From: Escherichia phage vB_EcoS_VAH1
Sequence record: MK373792.1
Reading direction: 5' to 3' (one strand)
Length of the DNA stretch: 64,000 nucleotides
Of the stretch, positions 36,240 to 46,600 are shown in pieces; position 1 is the first letter of the stretch, and every line of letters begins with the position of its first letter. The notes under the pieces are model-generated. The model made no database searches. It worked only from the letters and a program-made list of their open reading frames with translations, and had not been told where the DNA came from. Made by a program: the position numbers and the translations under genes.

Positions 36240-37014
36240 TGAAGTTCACCATTGTGTGGCTACAACTTTCACTAATTTCCTAGAAATATCATGTGCTCGC
36301 TATAAAATTGGACTATCCGGTACACTAAAACGAAAAGATGGTTTACAAGTTATGTTCAAAGATTTCTTTGGATATAAGATATTTAGCCCGCCGGTTAATA
36401 ATACTGTTGCACCTACAATCCATAGGTACTCCGTGCCTGTTGAGCTATCAGGAAACCAAAACGTGCCGTGGGCATTACGTGCTAACGATGTGTATAATCA
36501 TCCTGAATATCGAGAGACTATTATAAACCTAGCACATTTATATGTGAATATGGGGCATAAAGTACTCATTGTAAGTGATAGAACAGAGTTAATCCAAACA
36601 GTACTAGAAGCTCTTACGCAGCGGGGTGTTACAACATATGAAATTATAGGGGCAACCCACTTAGATGACCGATTAAAAATTCAGGAAGATATAGCAAAAG
36701 GTGGGCCTTGTGTACTTGCAGCAGCTCAAAGTATCTTCTCTGAAGGTATTTCTCTTAATGAGCTATCTTGTTTAATAATGGGAAGCCTCATTAATAATGA
36801 ATCTCTCATTGAACAGCTTGCAGGCCGTGTTCAACGTATTGTCGATGGTAAACTCGACCCTATTGTTGTAGATCTAATTATGAAAGGTGGCACTGGACTA
36901 AGACAGGCTTCTGGACGTATGGCAGTATATCGTAACAACGGGTGGAAAACTATTACTATGACCCCGGAGAAAGCAGTTCAATTAGCTAAAATTGCATTTG
37001 GCAACAGCTCATAA
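36196..37014 (+). CDS. SF2 DExH-box helicase (D10-like), fragment with motifs II-VI
   Basis: Begins ...FIVDEVHH (motif II), then SGT (motif III) and QLAGRVQR (motif VI); frame is +1 relative to the previous fragment. Confidence 0.7.
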   Translation: MRIIFLKYSVLFIVDEVHHCVATTFTNFLEISCARYKIGLSGTLKRKDGLQVMFKDFFGYKIFSPPVNNTVAPTIHRYSVPVELSGNQNVPWALRANDVYNHPEYRETIINLAHLYVNMGHKVLIVSDRTELIQTVLEALTQRGVTTYEIIGATHLDDRLKIQEDIAKGGPCVLAAAQSIFSEGISLNELSCLIMGSLINNESLIEQLAGRVQRIVDGKLDPIVVDLIMKGGTGLRQASGRMAVYRNNGWKTITMTPEKAVQLAKIAFGNSS

Positions 37015-37026
37015 ATGATGTATAAT
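36998..37026 (+). promoter_or_regulatory. Putative promoter (TTGGCA-N17-TATAAT) within the helicase 3' end
   Basis: Followed by CATAAATTTGAGAGAGAGAAAG, which resembles the PN25 downstream region. Confidence 0.45.
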
Positions 37027-37099
37027 ATATACATAAATTTGAGAGAGAGAAAGTTTCGGATTGATAAGAAAGTCCGAAGCAGAAAAATAAAAATTTTAG

Positions 37100-37129
37100 T
37101 TGCTAAATTCTCTCGAAATCTAGTATAAT
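37100..37129 (+). promoter_or_regulatory. Sigma70 promoter (TTGCTA-N18-TATAAT)
   Basis: Followed by CATAAATTCGAGGAG; upstream of the genes at 37237 and 37514. Confidence 0.55.
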
Positions 37130-37236
37130 ATATACATAAATTCGAGGAGAAAACAAAAATTAAATTCTTCGATTATGAAAAGCTATACTTACTAGCTAGA
37201 GGAAATTCCGACTTAATTATTAAGTTATTCAAAAGA

Positions 37237-37521
37237 ATGCTTACAGAGCCTGATGCTCACCAATTATTGGTCGGTTCCTCATTCATTTTGAATGAATCAA
37301 CAATAGTTGATAATCAAAATAAATTGTCTAATAGACAACTGGCAGAATATCTAGGAATTTTAAGTCTACGAAATTATGCCGAATACAAGTTTACAAACGA
37401 TCCTAGTTTGGACATACAATATGTTCCAGTATGGATACCTCGTTTAGTAATCGACACTAACCCACTAATCGCAATTAACAAATCGAAATTAATCTTTAAA
37501 GAGGAAATAAAATATGGCTAA
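37237..37521 (+). CDS. Hypothetical protein
   Basis: 94-aa ORF with a weak ribosome-binding site; overlaps the next gene's start. Confidence 0.35.
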   Translation: MLTEPDAHQLLVGSSFILNESTIVDNQNKLSNRQLAEYLGILSLRNYAEYKFTNDPSLDIQYVPVWIPRLVIDTNPLIAINKSKLIFKEEIKYG

Positions 37522-38287
37522 GTCTTGGGGCGAAACTACTGGCGGTTCTAACGATAAAATCGAATTCCTGAAGTTCAACAACGGTATCACTCATGTTCGT
37601 ATCGTTTCTGGTGTTCTTCCACGTTATGTCTACTGGCTGACTAATAAAGAGGGTAGCGTAGCTCCTTTCGAATGTCTCCGTTTTAACCGTGACAAAGAGA
37701 GCTTTGTTCGTGGTAAAGCTGATCCGGTTCATGAGATGGGCTTCTTTGAGAAAGAGCTGGATAAAGATGGTAATCGCGTTCCGCTGAAACCGAAGAAAAA
37801 CTATATCGCTTTTGTTATCGACCGTTCTGATAACAAACTGAAAGTAATGGAAGTCAAAGCTACTATTCTGAAAGGCATCCAGTCTATCATGAAGCAGTTG
37901 AGTCTGGCAACTCCGTTTGATATTGATATTTCTATCGAGAAAAAAGGTAAAGGTTTCGATACTGAGTATGATGTACAGCAGATTGCTGCTATGCAATTCC
38001 AGATTAAGCTGCAAGATCCTAACAGTGCAGAATCTAAGCAATATGCTGCGGATGTAGATCTGATTGGTGAAGCTATGTGTGATGAAGATGGCGACATCAT
38101 TAAGTTCGAGAAAGTTCCTTCTCTGGAGCAAACCTATCCGGTTCCTACCTATGAAGAGCAGAAAGAAGCAATTCAAGCCTTCATGGAAGGTCGTGAGAAT
38201 AAAGATGATGATGCCAAATCTGGTAACAGCAATGCTGGTTCCCAGAAAGGTATTGACCAAGAAGCTGCAAGCGATCTGGATGACTAA
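37514..38287 (+). CDS. Putative ssDNA-binding protein with acidic C-terminal tail
   Basis: 257 aa; strong AAAGAGGAAA ribosome-binding site; preferred codons; C-terminus ...QEAASDLDD is typical of SSB-type tails. Confidence 0.45.
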   Translation: MAKSWGETTGGSNDKIEFLKFNNGITHVRIVSGVLPRYVYWLTNKEGSVAPFECLRFNRDKESFVRGKADPVHEMGFFEKELDKDGNRVPLKPKKNYIAFVIDRSDNKLKVMEVKATILKGIQSIMKQLSLATPFDIDISIEKKGKGFDTEYDVQQIAAMQFQIKLQDPNSAESKQYAADVDLIGEAMCDEDGDIIKFEKVPSLEQTYPVPTYEEQKEAIQAFMEGRENKDDDAKSGNSNAGSQKGIDQEAASDLDD

Positions 38288-38294
38288 TAAATAG

Positions 38295-38318
38295 AGGGGC
38301 TTCGGCCCCTTTCTTTTT
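38295..38318 (+). terminator. Rho-independent terminator
   Basis: Stem AGGGGC/GCCCCT with TTCG loop, followed by TTCTTTTT. Confidence 0.7.
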
Positions 38319-38323
38319 AACCA

Positions 38324-38800
38324 ATGATTACACAAGAGCGATTAAAAGAGCTGTTAGATTATAATCCTGAGACTGGAGTATTTACCTGGAAAGTATCTCG
38401 TGGTAGAGTTTCAAAAGGATCTGTAGCTGGAACAGCAGTATCAGTAGGGAATAGGTACACCCGCTGGGAGATTCGAGTTGAAGGAAAAAGATATAAGGCG
38501 CATCAGTTAGCATTTCTATACGTTCATGGTTATATTCCACCTGAGATTGATCATGAAGATAGGAATCCATTGAATAATGCAATACTTAACCTAATAGACT
38601 CTTCAAAGTCTCGTAATCAATTAAATAAGAATAAAAACTTCGGTAAAGAAACACCAAAAGGAGTCTTTGTAAAAGCCTCTACTGGAAGATACTTCGTACA
38701 GATTCAAGGAAAGCACTACGGCTACTTTGATGACGTAGAACAGGCCAGAACTGTTGCTAATGAGGTATATGATAGGTTGTTAAATGAGAATACTGTTTAG
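38324..38800 (+). CDS. HNH homing endonuclease (paralog of 30736..31269)
   Basis: 158 aa; MITQERLKELLDY...HQLAFLYVHGYIPPEIDHEDRN. Confidence 0.8.
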   Translation: MITQERLKELLDYNPETGVFTWKVSRGRVSKGSVAGTAVSVGNRYTRWEIRVEGKRYKAHQLAFLYVHGYIPPEIDHEDRNPLNNAILNLIDSSKSRNQLNKNKNFGKETPKGVFVKASTGRYFVQIQGKHYGYFDDVEQARTVANEVYDRLLNENTV

Positions 38801-39761
38801 TGCTGATCACCATATCAAGCTAGGGCAGGATAAGGTACCTAAAGAGTTTCAGAAGCGTCGCTTCCTGATGCTAGGAGAACGGTTAAATGATATATTCCAT
38901 AATCATAACTGTGATCTTCATATTGCTGGTGGTGATATACTTGATGTTGCCGACCCGTCGTCAGAAGAAATAGAACTGCTTGAACAGTTCATGTCAAGAC
39001 TTGACCATCCAGGCAAAATCTTTACTGGAAATCATGAAATGTTAACTAAAACCATTTCATGTCTATACCATTATGCGGGAGTTATTAATAAAGTAACTAG
39101 TGGGAAGTGGGAAGTAATTACCAAACCATATCGTTCCCCTGAATTTGATATTGTTCCGTATGATGAGATTCATAAACCCAAGTGGAAACCTGCTGAATCA
39201 AAACTATGTTTCACGCATGTTCGTGGTGAAATCCCTCCACATGTAAAACCAGAAATTGATCTAACTAAGTACAACTGTTATGATACTGTAATTGCTGGCG
39301 ATTTACATTCTTATACTAATAGCCAGACTATCGGGTCTACTAGACTCCTTTACCCAGGGTCTCCATTAACTACATCGTTCCATAGAGAACGCACAAAAGG
39401 TACAAATGGTTGCTTTATCATTGATACCGACACATTAAAAGTAGAATGGATTGAACTAGGTGATTTACCACAACTGATTCGTAAAACAATCGGAGCTGGG
39501 GAAGAGATGGAACCTAGTGATTATGATCGTGTAGTCTACGAAGTTACTGGTGACGTTGTTCAATTAAAGTCTATCAAAGACTCTGATTTATTAGATAAGA
39601 AGATTAACCATCGAGTTACTAAAGATGCTAAGTTAAATCTTGTTGATCTTGATATGTTGGGCGAACTTGAACTTTACTTCCGTGAAGTCGAGAAGCTATC
39701 TCAAGGCGACATTGATAGAATCTTGGCTAGAGCTGCGAAATATGTCAAAGATTACAATTAA
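38784..39761 (+). CDS. SbcD/Mre11-like nuclease (D12-like)
   Basis: 325 aa; N-terminal calcineurin-like phosphoesterase motif ILFSADHH...GD. Confidence 0.75.
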   Translation: MRILFSADHHIKLGQDKVPKEFQKRRFLMLGERLNDIFHNHNCDLHIAGGDILDVADPSSEEIELLEQFMSRLDHPGKIFTGNHEMLTKTISCLYHYAGVINKVTSGKWEVITKPYRSPEFDIVPYDEIHKPKWKPAESKLCFTHVRGEIPPHVKPEIDLTKYNCYDTVIAGDLHSYTNSQTIGSTRLLYPGSPLTTSFHRERTKGTNGCFIIDTDTLKVEWIELGDLPQLIRKTIGAGEEMEPSDYDRVVYEVTGDVVQLKSIKDSDLLDKKINHRVTKDAKLNLVDLDMLGELELYFREVEKLSQGDIDRILARAAKYVKDYN

Positions 39762-41580
39762 GACACTAAAATTTAGTAACGTTATGTCTTACGGTAAGGA
39801 CATCGTAATTCATTTCGATAAGAATCCAGTTACTCAACTAATTGGTGGCAATGGGCTAGGGAAATCCACCATCGCTACTGTTATCGAGGAATTGTTTTAT
39901 AACAAGAACTCACGTGGTATTAAGAAGGATGCTCTATTCTCTTGGAATGCCCCTAAGAAAGAATATGATATGCACGCTTATTTCTCGAAAGATGATGATG
40001 AGTATGAGCTGCATAAAGTAGTTAAATCAACTGCTAAAGTAACGTTGATTAAGAATGGGGAAGATATTAGTGGACATACGGCAACCCAAACATATAAAAT
40101 GATTGAAGAGATTATGGGCGGTGACTTTCAAACGTTCACCAAACTGATTTATCAATCAGTGGGTTCCAACCTAGATTTTCTAAAAGCAACAGATGCAACA
40201 CGTAAGGCTTTTCTTGTCAACTTGTTTAATCAAGAACAATACAAAGAAATGTCGGAAACTATTAAGGCTGACCGTAAAGAAATAGCAAATACCTTAAATA
40301 ATTTGCAGGGCCAAATGGCTGTAATTACGAAAATCCTTAATGGAAAAAATAATCTAGGAACTTTGCAGGAACCTATAGAAGTACCGGAGTTTGATGAAGA
40401 GCCATTAGCACAAGAACTTACTGAATCGAAAATTAAGGCGGCATTAGCCAAGTCTCAAGAGGCTAATATTACTAAGTTGCGTAATTTGGACAAAGCTGTA
40501 CAAGTTGCCGAACAATCTTTCGAACCTTTCAAAAATTTGCCCGCGCCCACCGACCAAAGTGAAGAGATCTCGAGTGTTACGCGTGACCTAACGATTGTGA
40601 CCTCACGTGCGAGCGAAGTTAAGAAACGTTATCAGAAGTTCAAGCAAGAGGCTTCAAATACTGAATGCCCTACTTGTGGCACTCATCTGGATACAACTGC
40701 TGCTCAAAAAGCAATGGATATGGCTAGAATAGAATATGATCCTCTGTTCAAAGAGAAGCAATCTCTTGAAGCTAAGCTAGAACAGTTGAAGAAAGAACAA
40801 CTTGAGTACGTTGCGTATACTAGAGCAAAGGATGCTCTTGATAAAGCGGTGGTAGCTAGAGACGAGTTCAAAAATTCAATGAGTGATGCTTCTTTTGAAG
40901 AACTCAATGTGCAAATCCTACAGGTGCAAATACGACAATTAGAACAGGCAATCGCTGATGGACGTTCTAAGGTTGCAATTGCCAAAGAGCATAATGCAAA
41001 TGTCGAATTAGCCAATGCAAAATATAAAGCAAAGCTAGAACAGATTGAGAAAGCTGAAGCAGAAATGTCTGAGATTACTTCCAAACTGAATGGAGTATCT
41101 GAAGCTGTTGCTGATCTCGATATTCTGATTGCTGCATTGAAAAATCTGGTGGGATATAAGCTAGAACATAGTGTGAAAGTATTTGAAGAACTAATTAATA
41201 AATACCTTTCCATTATGACTGGTGGTAAATTCGCACTTGGATTCGAACTTGATGAAACGAAGTTACAAGTAGTAATCTTCAATGATGGAAACCGTACCAG
41301 TATGGAGAACTGCTCTACTGGTCAGCAAAGTCGAATTAATCTAGCAACCCTGTTAGCTATTCGAATGCTGTTAACATCTATTAGTAAAGTTAATATTAAT
41401 CTTCTATTCCTTGATGAAGTAATTAGCTTTATTGATACGAAAGGACTTGATACTCTCGTTGAATTATTAAATGAGGAAGAAAGTCTAAATTCTATCATTG
41501 TTTCTCATGGGCATACGCATCCATTAGCTCATAAGATTACTGTCAAAAAAGATGCAGAAGGATTTTCCTACTTAGAATAA
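39742..41580 (+). CDS. SbcC/Rad50-like ATPase (D13-like)
   Basis: Track ORF 39640..41580; likely start is the ATG at 39742 overlapping the SbcD stop; Walker A GGNGLGKST, long coiled coil, C-terminal LLFLDEV. Confidence 0.75.
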   Translation: MSKITIKTLKFSNVMSYGKDIVIHFDKNPVTQLIGGNGLGKSTIATVIEELFYNKNSRGIKKDALFSWNAPKKEYDMHAYFSKDDDEYELHKVVKSTAKVTLIKNGEDISGHTATQTYKMIEEIMGGDFQTFTKLIYQSVGSNLDFLKATDATRKAFLVNLFNQEQYKEMSETIKADRKEIANTLNNLQGQMAVITKILNGKNNLGTLQEPIEVPEFDEEPLAQELTESKIKAALAKSQEANITKLRNLDKAVQVAEQSFEPFKNLPAPTDQSEEISSVTRDLTIVTSRASEVKKRYQKFKQEASNTECPTCGTHLDTTAAQKAMDMARIEYDPLFKEKQSLEAKLEQLKKEQLEYVAYTRAKDALDKAVVARDEFKNSMSDASFEELNVQILQVQIRQLEQAIADGRSKVAIAKEHNANVELANAKYKAKLEQIEKAEAEMSEITSKLNGVSEAVADLDILIAALKNLVGYKLEHSVKVFEELINKYLSIMTGGKFALGFELDETKLQVVIFNDGNRTSMENCSTGQQSRINLATLLAIRMLLTSISKVNINLLFLDEVISFIDTKGLDTLVELLNEEESLNSIIVSHGHTHPLAHKITVKKDAEGFSYLE

Positions 41581-41583
41581 AAC

Positions 41584-42066
41584 ATGGCTGTAGATAGTAG
41601 AGAGAAAGGTAAACGTGGTGAATATCAGGTAAGAGATATTCTACGTGAGCGTACAGGTCTTGAGTGGGAACGTGTTCCTGGCTCTGGTGCTTTTGGCCAG
41701 AGCCACGGACTGAAGGGTGACATCTACCTTCCACCACAAAGCGGGCACATTAGTAAATACTGCTTCGAAGTTAAGTGGTATAAAGATGATAATATATCAA
41801 GTAATTTATTTAATGTTGGTGAATCCACTCTAGAGAAGTGGTGGCAGCAGTGCTCACGTGAAGGTGAGCAGATGAACTCCAAACCTGCATTAATATTCAA
41901 AAAAGACAGAGGACAGTGGTTAATAGCTTTGGATAGCTCAGACCCGATGGTTGACAACTTAATGAGTCGTACCCATATGGTGTTAAATAAGAAAGACATG
42001 GAAATCGTAATTGGTTTATTTGAGCCGTGGCTACATAATGCATCTGTTGAGGACTTAATTAAATAA
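41584..42066 (+). CDS. Putative Hjc-like / PD-(D/E)xK nuclease (D14-like)
   Basis: 160 aa; KGKRGEYQVRDIL...GSG...GDIY...EVKW resembles Holliday-junction-resolvase-type nuclease motifs. Confidence 0.4.
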   Translation: MAVDSREKGKRGEYQVRDILRERTGLEWERVPGSGAFGQSHGLKGDIYLPPQSGHISKYCFEVKWYKDDNISSNLFNVGESTLEKWWQQCSREGEQMNSKPALIFKKDRGQWLIALDSSDPMVDNLMSRTHMVLNKKDMEIVIGLFEPWLHNASVEDLIK

Positions 42067-42941
42067 TGAGTAAATCCTGGGGAAAATTTATTGAAGAAGA
42101 GGAAGCTGAAATGGCTTCTCGTCGTAACCTAATGATTGTCGATGGAACTAACTTAGGCTTTCGCTTCAAACATAACAATAGTAAAAAACCATTTGCCTCA
42201 AGTTATGTTTCCACTATTCAGTCTCTAGCAAAATCTTATTCTGCTAGAACTACAATAGTTTTAGGGGATAAAGGGAAGTCTGCATTCCGCTTAGAGCATC
42301 TCCCTGAGTATAAAGGGAATCGAGATGAGAAATACTCGCAGCGTACGGAAGAGGAGAAAGCGCTAGATGAGCAGTTCTTCGAGTATTTGAAAGATGCTTT
42401 CGAGCTGTGCGAAACCACATTCCCAACATTCACTATTCGTGGTGTAGAAGCAGATGATATGGCAGCTTATATTGTTAAGCTCATTGGTCATCTTTATGAT
42501 CACGTTTGGTTGATCTCTACTGATGGTGACTGGGATACTTTATTAACAGATAAAGTTTCTCGTTTCTCTTTCACAACACGTCGTGAATACCATCTTCGTG
42601 ATATGTATGAGCATCATAATGTTGACGATGTAGAGCAGTTTATCTCTCTAAAAGCAATTATGGGTGATTTAGGGGATAATATCCGTGGTGTTGAAGGTAT
42701 TGGGGCAAAACGCGGGTATAACATTATTCGTGAATTCGGTAACGTTCTGGATATTATTGATCAGCTTCCACTGCCTGGAAAACAGAAATATATACAGAAT
42801 TTAAATGCTTCGGAAGAATTGCTTTACCGAAACCTAATTCTGGTTGATTTACCTACCTACTGTGTGGATGCTATTGCTGCTGTAGGTCAAGACGTATTAG
42901 ATAAGTTTACAAAAGATATTTTGGAGATTGCAGAACAATGA
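42066..42941 (+). CDS. Flap endonuclease / 5'-3' exonuclease (T5 D15-type)
   Basis: 291 aa; the sequence closely matches my recollection of the T5 5'-exonuclease (MSKSWGKFIEEEEAEMASRRNLMIVDGTNLGFRF...). Confidence 0.9.
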   Translation: MSKSWGKFIEEEEAEMASRRNLMIVDGTNLGFRFKHNNSKKPFASSYVSTIQSLAKSYSARTTIVLGDKGKSAFRLEHLPEYKGNRDEKYSQRTEEEKALDEQFFEYLKDAFELCETTFPTFTIRGVEADDMAAYIVKLIGHLYDHVWLISTDGDWDTLLTDKVSRFSFTTRREYHLRDMYEHHNVDDVEQFISLKAIMGDLGDNIRGVEGIGAKRGYNIIREFGNVLDIIDQLPLPGKQKYIQNLNASEELLYRNLILVDLPTYCVDAIAAVGQDVLDKFTKDILEIAEQ

Positions 42942-43384
42942 TTAAAATTAAGTTAACTCATCCAGATTGTATGCCTAAGATTGGCTCTGAAGATGCCGCA
43001 GGTATGGATCTGCGAGCATTTTTTGGTACTAATCCTGCAGCGGATTTACGTGCTATTGCACCAGGCAAATCCCTAATGATTGACACCGGTGTCGCGGTAG
43101 AAATTCCACGAGGTTGGTTCGGTTTGGTGGTTCCGCGTAGTTCTTTAGGTAAGCGCCATCTGATGATTGCAAATACCGCAGGAGTGATCGACTCAGACTA
43201 TCGTGGGACTATTAAGATGAACCTCTATAACTACGGTTCTGAAATTCAAACTCTGGAGAATTTTGAAAGACTTTGTCAGCTAGTAGTAGTACCACACTAT
43301 TCAACTCATAATTTTGAAATCGTTGACGAACTAGAGGAGACTATTCGTGGAGAAGGTGGATTTGGAAGCTCAGGAAGCAAGTAA
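42938..43384 (+). CDS. dut: dUTPase
   Basis: 148 aa; dUTPase motifs AGMDLRA, RSSLG, GVIDSDYRG and the C-terminal RGEGGFGSSG. Confidence 0.9.
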   Translation: MIKIKLTHPDCMPKIGSEDAAGMDLRAFFGTNPAADLRAIAPGKSLMIDTGVAVEIPRGWFGLVVPRSSLGKRHLMIANTAGVIDSDYRGTIKMNLYNYGSEIQTLENFERLCQLVVVPHYSTHNFEIVDELEETIRGEGGFGSSGSK

Positions 43385-43610
43385 TTTTGTTGATCCTAAT
43401 ATGGTAGGTATTGATACTAATATGTCAACTTATCAGACTAAAACTACAGAACCAGAAACATTTGTGCTAAAAACAGACAAAGAAGGTAATGTTACTTTCT
43501 GGGATCCTGAAGGTTTTGTAGAACTTTGTACTAATACAGATAATGAGCAGTTAAAATTACTACTAACTATTTATAATCTTGGTATTATAGAAGGTTGTAG
43601 AAAAGAATAA
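43347..43610 (+). CDS. Hypothetical protein
   Basis: 87-aa ORF from a GTG with GAGGAG ribosome-binding site; overlaps the dut 3' end. Confidence 0.4.
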   Translation: MEKVDLEAQEASNFVDPNMVGIDTNMSTYQTKTTEPETFVLKTDKEGNVTFWDPEGFVELCTNTDNEQLKLLLTIYNLGIIEGCRKE

Positions 43611-43611
43611 C

Positions 43612-43653
43612 AGAAAAAACCCCAGTGGATTTTGTCCACTGGGGTTTCTTTTT
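43612..43653. terminator. Bidirectional rho-independent terminator between convergent early and late units
   Basis: A-run, stem CCCCAGTGG/CCACTGGGG with ATTTTGT loop, then TTTCTTTTT. Confidence 0.75.
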
Positions 43654-43654
43654 A

Positions 43655-46600
43655 CTATACCTTATTTGCTAGTAGAGAATTAACTACTAGGGTTAGGTCT
43701 GCAATTTGCTTTTTAAGATCAGATACTTCTGATTCTAGGGCTGAGATCCTGCTATCAGATTCTCTGCCTGCCTGTACTAATAGACCTGTTATAGCCGCAT
43801 AGTCAACAGAATAGAAACGTTCCTCACCAACTAGTTGCTCACCAGTAAGTGTAGGCCCTTCAAGATCTGTATATTTTGTAAACCCACTTACAGCTTCAGG
43901 TAGAGCTTCCATTACTTCCTGAGCTATAACACCAGCGTAAGGTAGCCCATTTTCCTTAAGGGTATAAGTATAGCCTTTCATTTTACGCAATGATTCAGTG
44001 GCGTTTTGGATTTCCTCAATATTATCCTTCAGATCTCTATCGGATGACTGGGTAATGTTTGTTGCTTCAACTTTTCCATTAACATTAAAAACACGGGATC
44101 CATCAGAGCTTTGCTGAGCATAAAACAAATAACCATCTGATAGCTTACATTCAACAACAGAGGGCCTCCCAGTAGTATTACCCCATAGCAAGATAGTAGC
44201 ACTTTTTGCGGCTGTCTGATTATTTTCGTAACTAAACGTCCTACCATTACCCCGCCGTACAACCACTGCAGATCCATCAGCAAATATACCCCCATTATAA
44301 TTAGGAGTTCTTAATGTGATATTATCGCTTACAGTTAGAGTACTGCTATTCATATCGTTATGTATGATAACATCCTTAGCAGCCCCACCTTTCCCCACAT
44401 ACCACAGTCTACCAGAATCTGTTCTACATGCTAAATAGCCAACTTGAGACGTATCGGTTCCGGTAAGTCTTATCGATAAGGCCTCACCAGCTTTAGTTAT
44501 CGAAACAGGCACACCAAAATCAGCAAATTTATCTGTAATTAATCTGTTCCATGCCCCAATAGTACCACCATCAATACTTCTAGCCCAGAATTTAGATCCA
44601 CGACCTGCAAACTGGGTAGCATAATTACCGCTAAACCCTACATGGATACCACCATATACAACATTGTTTTCCGGAGTATTAACTTGACCAGCAATACCAT
44701 AAAACTTATTGACAGTGTTATGTTGTGTATTCCAGTCTACACCAGTAGAAGATAGAATACCAGAAGGAGCTGAAAAAGTTCCTTCTTTATTGAAGTTAAA
44801 GAATTGATGGTTAATTCCTGCTGGATCTCTAACAATAACCTGACCAGCATTTTCACTAGCTCTAAACTCTGCACCATATATTGTATCTCCCACTCTATAC
44901 CTAGAATAGAAGGTGGCATTAGATACAGATATACCATCAGCAATAACACCATTACCAGCCGCTATAGTACCACTAAAAGTAATCTTAGGAGCATATAAAG
45001 ACAGTTCGTCCCCGACGTTCATACCGTTAGAAAGAACTATACGCTCACCATTTCCTATGTAATAGTTCCCTTCCGTTGTTGCTTGATAGAAACCTATACG
45101 GTTTAAAGAAAAATCAAACATAGTAAGAACATCAGTTGAATCTGTTGCAGGATTAGCGGTCCCCCATGCGTAAGTTGTATTTTTATACGTAAAGTTTGAC
45201 GTTGGTACAGTTACTTCACAGAATGCAGGAACACGTAGCTGAACAGGAAAACCACGGGCCTCAATATAAATTGCAACATATCTTTCAGCATCTTTGGAAG
45301 AAGAAAGAATACATTTCATTGCAATCTCACTTCTCGCATAGTTATTGAAGTACCCGTACCCACCATCTTTACGATCACTCCAGCCCCCGCACCTAATAAA
45401 GCCATTGAAGCTACAACAGTTCATAGGGTCATTGCCAGTAGAGGATCGTGTTTTTATATCAATAAAAGCACCAGAGGCATATAGTGAACGGTAAGCAAGA
45501 TCAATAATGACAGGATAATACTTTCCATCTTCAACACCAGCAGGTGCATTAAGTGTTACCCATTCACCACCACCTATAGAGGGTATCTGGAGGTTATTTT
45601 TTGCTTCTGATATAGAGCGGCCACCGGTACCTCCTTGTCCTACTGCAAGAGGTATATATGATCTATTCTCTATATCATAAGCTCCCCAAAGTTTACCACT
45701 AGTAATAATGATTTTAGCATTATTACCTGGGTTTAACAGTTGGGTCTCAGAGCTAAGCTGTACAAGCCTATTTACATCATCTATTCTAGCATTTTTTGTC
45801 CATAAAGGGCCGCTTTCTGGTCTCCAACGATATGAGTATATTGCTTTAGTGGACGAGCCTACAAATAAGCCTGCAAATGAAGGTACACCATCAGTACCTG
45901 AAATAAATCCTGTAAGAACTGTTTCACCTACTGCTATACTAGGAAAACCTGTAGCCGTTTCATATATTCTTAGAAACCCCAGGAAATTGGAGGGATTACC
46001 AGAAATATCTGGACAATCCCTTGGGGAATCCCCAAGACCGATAGAAGCTTTCATACCAGAAGCTACATTTTCAGCTTTAGTAGCAGATGCCGCCGCATTA
46101 GTTTCTGATGTTTTAGCATTGGTTTCTGATGCTTTAGCAGCATTAGCACTGTTAGCAGCAGCATTTTTACTATTATTAGCATTAGTTTCTGAAGTTTTAG
46201 CCGCAGCAGCCGAAGCACTGGCATTAGTTTCTGATGTTTTAGCTGCTGAAGCAGAAGCAGCCGCAGCAGTTTTGCTACTATTAGCATTGGTTTCTGAGGT
46301 TTTAGCTGCGGTTTCACTAGCCTTTGCTTTAGTTTCTGAAGTTTTAGCAGCAGTTTCACTAGCTTTTGCATTAGTTTCAGAAGTTTTTGCAGCTTTAGCG
46401 CTATTAGCAGAAGCAGTAGCAGAAGAAGCAGACTGAGTTGCAGACTGCTGAGAAGATGCCGCAGAAATTTCTGCTTCATTTTCAGAATCTTTGGCATTTA
46501 GCTCCGACTGTTTTGCATTAATTTCAGATTGCTTAGCTGCTGCAGCAGATGCTTTAGAAGACTCTATAGCAGAGACTAGCTCTCCTGCTGTAATAGAGCT

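Noticed and set aside
45708-46497. + strand ORFs of 242 and 144 aa inside the tail-fibre gene
   Set aside because: Artefacts of the in-frame tandem repeat; Ala/Leu-only low-complexity translations antisense to the fibre gene.
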